Shown: in pieces, positions 34,153-40,000 of the stretch
Layout: each line of letters opens with the position of its first letter
How positions within the stretch are numbered: the first letter of the stretch is position 1
DNA from: Halococcus hamelinensis 100A6
Lineage (GTDB): Archaea > Halobacteriota > Halobacteria > Halobacteriales > Halococcaceae
Reading direction: 5' to 3'
Assembly: GCF_000336675.1 (NCBI RefSeq)
Contig: NZ_AOMB01000006.1
Coordinates: forward strand, 17,221 to 57,220
DNA length: 40,000 nt
Notes under the pieces: generated by a model
What the model was told of the DNA's origin: nothing
The model's database searches: none
Seen by the model: only the letters and a program-made list of their open reading frames with translations
Position numbers and translations under genes: made by a program

Positions 34153-34545
34153 ACTGTTGACCTGTGTGGGTCGATTCGAGACCCTCGCATGACCTGTTTG
34201 GCTGCTCGACCGTTCATTCCTCTCGTCGCGATAGTCGCGACCGTTTAGCGACCGCCGCATAGCAGCAGCGCCCGGGTCGCCCCGTTTCGCTACGGGTTCC
34301 GTAGTCGCAGTTTCTCGACGATGAACACCAACGCAAATGCAGACAGTCGCCGGGTCTTCGGTCGGCAGCAGCCGGAGGCCCACTCGAACGCGAATCGATT
34401 CGCGCTCCGGATCGGCATCGGTCGGTAGACAGCTAGCGGTCGTCGCTCTCGACGCTCGGCGGAACCGTCTCGGTTCCCCGGGTCGTGGGGTCCCGTTCGA
34501 GCTCGCCGACGAGCGGACGCCACACCTTTCGTCCAGGGTGTGGAT

Positions 34546-35859
34546 ATGAGCCAGCGACGGGAGGGAACGGAGACCTCGGACGCGGATACGGCCTCCCTCC
34601 GGGACAACGTGGATTTCCTCCGTCTGCTGTTCGGGCGGTTCGTCACGAACGCCGGCGATAGTCTCTATACGATCGCCGGGACGTGGCTGGTCTACGACCT
34701 CACGGGGTCGAGTTTCTACACCGGTCTGGCGAGCGCGCTGCTCCTCCTGCCGCCGGCACTGCAGTTCGTCTCCGGGCCACTCGTCGACCGGTGGCCGCTC
34801 GTCCGGACCCTCGTGTGGACGCAACTCGTCCAGGCCGGCCTCATCCTGTCGATACCCCTCGCAGCATACTTCGACCGCCTCTCCGTCGGGTTGGTCCTGG
34901 TAGTGATCCCGGCCCTCTCGCTCCTGAACCAGTTCGTCTACCCCGCTCAGAACGCGGCACTCCCCCGGATCGTCGCGGAGAGTCAGCTCACGCGCGCCAA
35001 TTCGGCGTTCTCGTTCGCCAATCAGGGGACGAACATGGTCTTCGACGCGCTCGGCGGCGTCCTCATCGCCGCGGTCGGCACCGTCTCGCTGTTCGTGCTC
35101 GATTCGGTCACGTTCGTGGTCGCAACCCTCTCGTTCGTCGGTGTTCGGGTTCCGGAACGCACCGAGACGAGCGACCGAGCGACTGCGATCGACGTTTCCG
35201 GCTATCCCTCCGACCTCCGCGATGGCGTTCGGTGGCTTCGGGGAACGGTCTTCGCCGAGATGATGCTCACCACGGCGGTCACCAACTTCGGGACCGGTGT
35301 GATGCTCGCCGTACTGCCGGGGTTCGCCGCGGTTCGTGGCGGCTCGATACTCTACGGAGCACTGCTCGGCGCGATCGGCGCGGGTGGCCTCCTCGGGGCG
35401 CTGGTCGCGTCTCGATTGGCCCATATCGGATATGGCACTCTCCGGATCGTCGGGCTCGGGGTCGGATTCGTCCTCTGGGTCGCCGCGGTCTACTCCCCGT
35501 GGCCAGCGCTCTCGGTCGTCCTGTTCGCGATAACCGGGATCCCGATCGGTGTCACGAACGTGATGGGTCAGACGCTCATCCAGACGGTCGCTCCGGAGGA
35601 GCTCCTCGGCAGGGTCACGTCCGTCGACGCGAGCGTCTCCACGCTCACGGTCCCTGTCGGTTCGTTCCTCGGCGGAATCGTGGGCAGTCGGGTCGGTGTC
35701 GTCACGACGATGGCTGTAGCTGCATTCGGATTCGCGTTCGTGAGTCTCTACTTCGCGATCCGTCCCCGTCTACGCTCCCTCCCGGCGATGGACGATATCG
35801 ACCGAGGGGAATTCGGAACTCGTGAGAGACCGTCGTCGGCGTCGCGGGATCCCGACTGA
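34546..35859 (+). CDS. MFS transporter (EntS/MFS_3-like)
   Basis: ATG at 34546; the tracked start at 34540 is a GTG two codons upstream. It has about 12 TM, and the N-terminal FLRLLFGRFVTNAGDSLYTIAGTWLVYDLTGS is typical of this MFS subgroup. Confidence 0.85.
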   Translation: MSQRREGTETSDADTASLRDNVDFLRLLFGRFVTNAGDSLYTIAGTWLVYDLTGSSFYTGLASALLLLPPALQFVSGPLVDRWPLVRTLVWTQLVQAGLILSIPLAAYFDRLSVGLVLVVIPALSLLNQFVYPAQNAALPRIVAESQLTRANSAFSFANQGTNMVFDALGGVLIAAVGTVSLFVLDSVTFVVATLSFVGVRVPERTETSDRATAIDVSGYPSDLRDGVRWLRGTVFAEMMLTTAVTNFGTGVMLAVLPGFAAVRGGSILYGALLGAIGAGGLLGALVASRLAHIGYGTLRIVGLGVGFVLWVAAVYSPWPALSVVLFAITGIPIGVTNVMGQTLIQTVAPEELLGRVTSVDASVSTLTVPVGSFLGGIVGSRVGVVTTMAVAAFGFAFVSLYFAIRPRLRSLPAMDDIDRGEFGTRERPSSASRDPD

Positions 35860-35939
35860 GGTCGGTAGGCGGCTCGTTTCCTCCTCCTGACGAGCGGGAT
35901 GCGGACGAACGACGCACAGGAGCGACCTCGTCCCCCGCC

Positions 35940-35987
35940 TTCGAACCGGGTTATATATCGTATAGTACGATACGAAATCGGTTCGAA
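35940..35987. promoter_or_regulatory. Nested palindrome: TTCGAACCG ... CGGTTCGAA (9-bp perfect arms) enclosing TTATATA and an inner TCGTAT/ATACGA hairpin
   Basis: Read directly. It lies 80 nt downstream of the MFS stop, at the start of a ~750-bp AT-richer stretch with no convincing ORF. Confidence 0.35.
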
Positions 35988-36610
35988 ACCGGACTACTCG
36001 ATCGGTATCGCGCCGGTGTCAAACCACAAGCCGCTCGAAGAGCACTACAGAGCCGTCGAGCGGTTCTCAGTGGGACGACGTAGTCCACGAACGACCGGCA
36101 GCCGGTCCGCGGTCGCAACCGCACGCATGACTCGACCACGAACTCGGTGAATTAGATCAGAAATGACAACTCATCTCTGAGTGTGAGCCGTTACGGTTGA
36201 GACCGGACTCAAACGAGGAGTTCTACGGTGGAAACGTCGGTCAGGGTGGTCGAAAGCAGTAGGATGGCAACGGTCTCGGTTCCGGTCGGTAGCGGTTGAT
36301 CGCCGTCGATCGATTGTCGTCGGTCGATTTTTTTGCCGCTTCTTTCGGTATCCGTTTGATTACAGCCCGCTAATTAGTTTCTTAGGATGAGATTCACCAC
36401 CTATTTCGATATATCCAAGTTATAGCTTCCGAACCTCCAGTCGAGTGATTTTATTTGAATCCGATCTGTACGTGCTGCCGTGAAACCGAGCTAGGAGTTG
36501 CCGGATCCCGACCGGAGAACGTTCGATCCGATCGAGAGGGCGAGGTCGGAGGTTGTCGGGTGGCGATCGCTACGCCGTCGGTTCGTGAGGTTCGTCGGAG
36601 TGGGTGAGGG

Positions 36611-37045
36611 TCACGACCCGGTCGTGACGGTGACCGGCCCGTCGAACTGGAGGATGACCTGTTGTGCGACGTCCCCGAAGACCGCTTTCCCGACCGCCGT
36701 TCGGCTCTGTGCGTCGATGAAGACGTGGTCGCAGTCGTGCTCGTCGGCCACCGCGAGTATCTCGTCGGCGCTGTCGTCGGCGATTCCGACCACGTCGTAC
36801 TGGACGTCGTCGCCGAAGGTGTCGGCGGCGATCTCGGCCGCGGCCGTCTCGGCGGCGTGTTGGTCGATCTCGCCGGCCTCCCGGCCGGCCCTGCTTCGGC
36901 GCTGGATAGTGTTCTGGCGGAAGCCCTCGGTGTTGACACAACAGAGGACGACCCTCGATTCGGTCCCCGTGACGTGTCGGTCGGCCTCCGCCAGCAGAGC
37001 CTCGTTCGGCTCGTCGCTCGCGACGACGACCAGGATGGTCTCCAT
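36611..37045 (-). CDS. Universal stress protein (UspA family)
   Basis: ATG at 37043-37045 (METILVVVASDEPNEALL...). The C-terminal ATP-binding-type block is DHVFIDAQSRTAVGKAVFGDVAQQVILQFDGPVTV (G-x2-G-x9-G(S/T)-like). Confidence 0.85.
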   Translation of the reverse strand: METILVVVASDEPNEALLAEADRHVTGTESRVVLCCVNTEGFRQNTIQRRSRAGREAGEIDQHAAETAAAEIAADTFGDDVQYDVVGIADDSADEILAVADEHDCDHVFIDAQSRTAVGKAVFGDVAQQVILQFDGPVTVTTGS

Positions 37046-37202
37046 AACGGATACCCCGTCGTCTTCCACCACTAAAAAGCTATCCGACGACGGCCGGCTG
37101 ACGGGCCGATAGTCGAGCGGTGCGGCCCGGGGTCGGCTGTGAGCCGATGTCGTATCGTGGGTCCGTCCGGGGAGATGGGGATTACCTCGGTAGTGAAGCC
37201 AT

Positions 37203-38570
37203 TCAGATCTGGAGTACCAGCACGGCCGCCAGCATCACGAAGGTCGCGATCAGCGAGGCCCACCCGAGGGCCTTCGCGGGCAGCGAGAACTGGAACTCGG
37301 GGTCGCGCTCGTCGTCCTTATAGAGGATCCACATCGCGGTGACGATCTCCGGGAAGAGCGCCATCGTGTTGATGAACCCGCCGAGGAAGAGGAGCGCGAC
37401 GATCGAGCCCGTGACGGTCCCGCCCACGAGCCAGATGATCGGCGAGACGATGCCGACGAACAGCGCGACCCGGCGCATGTCGAGGTCGGAGAACCGCTCG
37501 GTCTGGTTGAGGATGTCGGGCCAGACCTCGGTGAGGAGGTTGAGCTTCCCGAAGATGGTGGAGTAGAGCGCGAAGAACCCGCCGATGATCAGGATCCAGT
37601 AGCCGAACGGTCCGAACAGCTCCTGATACGCGCCGGCGAGGTAGACGGCCAGCTGTGCGCCGTCGGGGTAGGCCCCCGAGTTCGCGAGGATCGACGCCCC
37701 GATGATGAAAAAGGAGGTCGTCACGAACGCTTCGAGGATCACGGTGAGGCCAACGTCGGCCCCGAGCACACGGAGCCAGCCCTGCATCCGGTCCTTCCAG
37801 CCCTCGGAGCCCCGCTCCCCCGCGAGCTTCCCGTAGCCCGCTTTGTTGACGAACAGCGCGTAACCGATGATCTCGCCGGTGCCGACGCCCGTGATCCCGA
37901 TCACGCCGAAGATGATGTAGAAGCCGCTGTCCGGGATGTTGAACGAGAGCCCGTAGGCGATGTCGCCGGCCGAGAGCGCGAACGGCGAGAAGAAGGAGAG
38001 CACCGCCGCCGCGACCGTGACGACGACCAGGATCATCACGAGCACCGTCGAGAAGTCCTCGACGAAGTCGTACTCGCGGAGCGCCGGGATGGTCACGCCG
38101 ACGAGTACGATCAACGTACAAAGGAGGATCGGGATCGTCTGGCCACTCAGGTAGTGCAACAGCGTCGCAGCCCCGAAGAACACCCCCATGTACTGGATGT
38201 TGTCGGAGAAGAACCACTTGATCACGATGAACCAGTACGACCAACTGTGGCCGAATATCTTCCCGGGGACCTCGTCGAAGATCCGATGGGGCGTCTTGTT
38301 CTCCAACATCGCGTACTTCGCGATGATGTACTGGATCCCGACCTTGATGAAGAGGCTGATGAGGAGGAACCAGAGCACGACGATCCCGACCTCCGCCCCC
38401 GTCGCGGTCGTCCCGATCAGCTCGCCGGAGCCGATGACGATCGCGAGGGTCGCGAAGGACGGTCCGAGATATTTCAGTACGCCTCGCCAAGTTCGTGGCG
38501 GTTCACGGTACTCCGCCGTCGGGTCACCCGACGGTCGAGACTCATCGTTCCCGCTGCTGTGTTCGCTCAT
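37203..38570 (-). CDS. Nramp-related (COG1914-like) cation transporter family membrane protein
   Basis: 455 aa with 11-12 TM. The N-terminal YLGPSFATLAIVIGSGELIGTTATGAEVG resembles the GPGxL...G.G(D/E)L TM1 region of Nramp-like proteins but lacks the canonical DPGN. The family assignment is tentative. Confidence 0.5.
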   Translation of the reverse strand: MSEHSSGNDESRPSGDPTAEYREPPRTWRGVLKYLGPSFATLAIVIGSGELIGTTATGAEVGIVVLWFLLISLFIKVGIQYIIAKYAMLENKTPHRIFDEVPGKIFGHSWSYWFIVIKWFFSDNIQYMGVFFGAATLLHYLSGQTIPILLCTLIVLVGVTIPALREYDFVEDFSTVLVMILVVVTVAAAVLSFFSPFALSAGDIAYGLSFNIPDSGFYIIFGVIGITGVGTGEIIGYALFVNKAGYGKLAGERGSEGWKDRMQGWLRVLGADVGLTVILEAFVTTSFFIIGASILANSGAYPDGAQLAVYLAGAYQELFGPFGYWILIIGGFFALYSTIFGKLNLLTEVWPDILNQTERFSDLDMRRVALFVGIVSPIIWLVGGTVTGSIVALLFLGGFINTMALFPEIVTAMWILYKDDERDPEFQFSLPAKALGWASLIATFVMLAAVLVLQI

Positions 38571-38653
38571 ATCGGTTACACTCCATGCTGCACTGGTTTG
38601 GTAATAATTGTTACGATCAGACCGGCGAACGGGACCTCGAAGAAACGCCCGTC

Positions 38654-39703
38654 TCAGGTCAGTTCGAGGTCGTATCGGTCGGCGAGCGCTTCGAGGCTCT
38701 CCAGCAGGCTCCCCGAGACCGGGATCCCGGCTTCGAGCCGGTCGGTCTTGGTTCGCGCCTCGGGTTCGCCCGGCAGGAGGACCTCGTCGACGTCCTCGGC
38801 GGTTCGAACGCCCTTGACGCCGGTCGCCAGCCGCCCCATCCGGTCGACGAACCCGTCAAGGTCGGTGAACGCGTCCACGTCGATGGCACAGACGACGTGA
38901 CCCGCGCGCTGGGGCGCATCGAGGCTGTCGTACATCCCGGCCACCTCGTCGCCGAAGTCGGCGTCGAGCAGCACGCCACACATCGCGTCGACGAAGAAGG
39001 CCAGCCCGTAGCCCTTCGGGCCACCCATCGGCCGCAGCGCGTGGAACGCCTCGGGGTCGGTGATCGGGTCGCCCTCCTCGTCGATCGCCCACTCGGGGGG
39101 GATCTCGCGACCCTCGTCCTCGGCGACCATGACGCTCCCCTTCGCCGTCACGCTCGTCGCCATGTCGAGGGTGATCGGAAAGTCATCGCTGGGAAGGCTG
39201 AACGAGAGCGGGTTCGTTCCGAGGTAGGGGTCGGCCCCGCCGAACGGCGCGACGCTCGGGCCCGCGTGGGTCATCGCGATGGCGATGTAGCCCCGCTCGG
39301 CGGCGTGGTTGGTGTAGAACGACGCCGCGCCGAAGTGGTTGCTGTTCCGGACCCCGACGAACGCGCTGCCCGCCTCCTCGGCGAGGGCCATCGCCGTCTC
39401 CATTCCACGCATCGTCGTGACCTGGCCGGGACCGTCGTCGCCGTCCACGACCGCCGCTCCCGCGCCCGATTCGGTCACCGAGACGTCGGGGTCGGGGTTG
39501 ATGCCGCCGCGCTCGACCGCCTCGACGTAGGGGTCGAGTCTGACCACGCCGTGGGTGTCGATCCCGCGGCGGCTCGCGTCGACGACGCCCTCGGCGACGG
39601 TCGCCGCGTGGTCGTCCCCCAGACCCGCTTCGCGAAGTACGGCCGCACTGAAGGTTTCCAACTGGTCGTGGTCGAGACGCGTCGCCGGGCCCGATGATTC
39701 CAT
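38654..39703 (-). CDS. Ldh_2-family (malate/L-lactate/sulfolactate/ureidoglycolate dehydrogenase type 2) oxidoreductase
   Basis: 349 aa. The blocks GIDTHGVVRL, GQVTTMRGMETAMALAEEAGSAFVGVRNSNHFGAASFY, GTNPLSFSLP and MGGPKGYGLAFFVD are typical of this family. Confidence 0.85.
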   Translation of the reverse strand: MESSGPATRLDHDQLETFSAAVLREAGLGDDHAATVAEGVVDASRRGIDTHGVVRLDPYVEAVERGGINPDPDVSVTESGAGAAVVDGDDGPGQVTTMRGMETAMALAEEAGSAFVGVRNSNHFGAASFYTNHAAERGYIAIAMTHAGPSVAPFGGADPYLGTNPLSFSLPSDDFPITLDMATSVTAKGSVMVAEDEGREIPPEWAIDEEGDPITDPEAFHALRPMGGPKGYGLAFFVDAMCGVLLDADFGDEVAGMYDSLDAPQRAGHVVCAIDVDAFTDLDGFVDRMGRLATGVKGVRTAEDVDEVLLPGEPEARTKTDRLEAGIPVSGSLLESLEALADRYDLELT

Positions 39704-39781
39704 CCGTTCACTCGCCGCCGTCGGTGCTTAGGTTTTTGGGCAGTCGAGGAGCACGGAAGTCGGGGAGAAGAAGCGAGGCCG

Positions 39782-40000
39782 TTATCGGCTGTGGCTTTCG
39801 AGGGTCTCCTCGTCGAACGCGACGCCGTGGCCTGGGGTGTCGGTGATGCTCACCCGACCGTCCTCGACGACGTATGGCTCCTCGCTGTGGTCGAGCAAGG
39901 CGTGGCTGCAGCACTCGACGTAGGTGACGTCGGGGAGCGCGAGGCCGGCGTGGACCGCCATCGCGTCGGTGCCGTGGTCGGTGCTCATCGCGACGTCGAT
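39782..40000 (-). CDS. Enolase-superfamily (mandelate racemase/muconate-lactonizing, sugar-acid dehydratase-like) protein, C-terminal fragment
   Basis: The frame stays open to the window edge. The tail ...HGTDAMAVHAGLALPDVTYVECCS...VEDGRVSITDTPGHGVAFDEETLE matches the typical C-terminus of MR/MLE enzymes (...G.v.vpd.PGlGve.de..l). Confidence 0.6.
   Translation of the reverse strand: MDVAMSTDHGTDAMAVHAGLALPDVTYVECCSHALLDHSEEPYVVEDGRVSITDTPGHGVAFDEETLESHSR

Noticed and set aside
193-39697. Many long tracked ORFs lie antisense to or out of frame with the called genes. Examples are 193..1344, 3394..5400, 5381..6964, 9556..10635 (the upstream part), 10387..11646, 12061..13425, 14625..15605, 14909..15889, 15811..16959, 21507..22178, 23254..24315, 24655..25671, 27656..29707, 28617..29972, 30313..31779, 34147..35424, 37318..38490 and 38495..39697.
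   Set aside because: Their products are extremely Arg/Pro/Gly/Ala-rich and basic, unlike acidic haloarchaeal proteins. Each overlaps a gene with clear family motifs and proper GC3 bias. These are typical shadow ORFs of a high-GC genome.
1-40000. A search for CRISPR arrays, rRNA genes, intact IS elements with terminal inverted repeats, and toxin-antitoxin or known defence-system genes.
   Set aside because: No regularly spaced direct repeats, no rRNA-like conserved blocks, no DDE transposase ORF and no recognisable defence-protein motifs were seen by eye. Only computational scans could exclude them fully.

Overview
The window looks like a haloarchaeal (class Halobacteria) chromosomal segment. 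By eye it is GC-rich with very high GC3, and the proteins are acidic. It carries twin-arginine plus lipobox signals on solute-binding proteins and archaeal markers: SRP19 coupled to Gar1, and a presenilin-type protease. I recognised no rRNA, tRNA or CRISPR array.

Most Arg/Pro/Gly-rich ORFs in the six-frame track are shadow frames of the real genes. I call about 45 coding regions.

- Left flank (1-7.8 kb): sugar-acid-type catabolism. It holds a Gfo/Idh/MocA dehydrogenase fragment, an HpcH-family aldolase, an aldehyde dehydrogenase, pyruvate kinase and an IclR regulator with a repeated palindrome. An RdfA-like protein and a solo IS630-type HTH protein are also here.
- Accessory-looking segment (7.8-19.5 kb), bounded by AT-richer, coding-poor DNA. 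It holds a divergent serine recombinase, a NitT/TauT-type ABC importer and the most interesting locus in the window. That locus is a translationally coupled sulfation cassette: sulfotransferase, a 62-codon Thr/Pro-rich micro-ORF, an APS kinase fused to an NMNAT-like nucleotidyltransferase, and a YqcI/YcgG-family protein. A PHP phosphoesterase is transcribed divergently from it. Next come an MTH1187-family protein, methylglyoxal synthase, an untracked 37-aa classical C2H2 zinc-finger ORF and a second solo IS630-type HTH paralog.
- Right part (20-40 kb): mostly housekeeping. It includes SRP19, Gar1, YihY, a presenilin homolog, an orphan binding protein, an OCD-family enzyme, a hydrolase, a methyltransferase, a GNAT, an SDR, HisD, an IscA-type gene, an MBL hydrolase, a lipid kinase, an MFS transporter, Usp, an Nramp-like transporter, an Ldh_2 enzyme and an enolase-superfamily fragment. 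The IscA-type gene is bracketed by about 280-bp imperfect inverted repeats.

All functional calls rest on motif recognition by eye. No database search was run.
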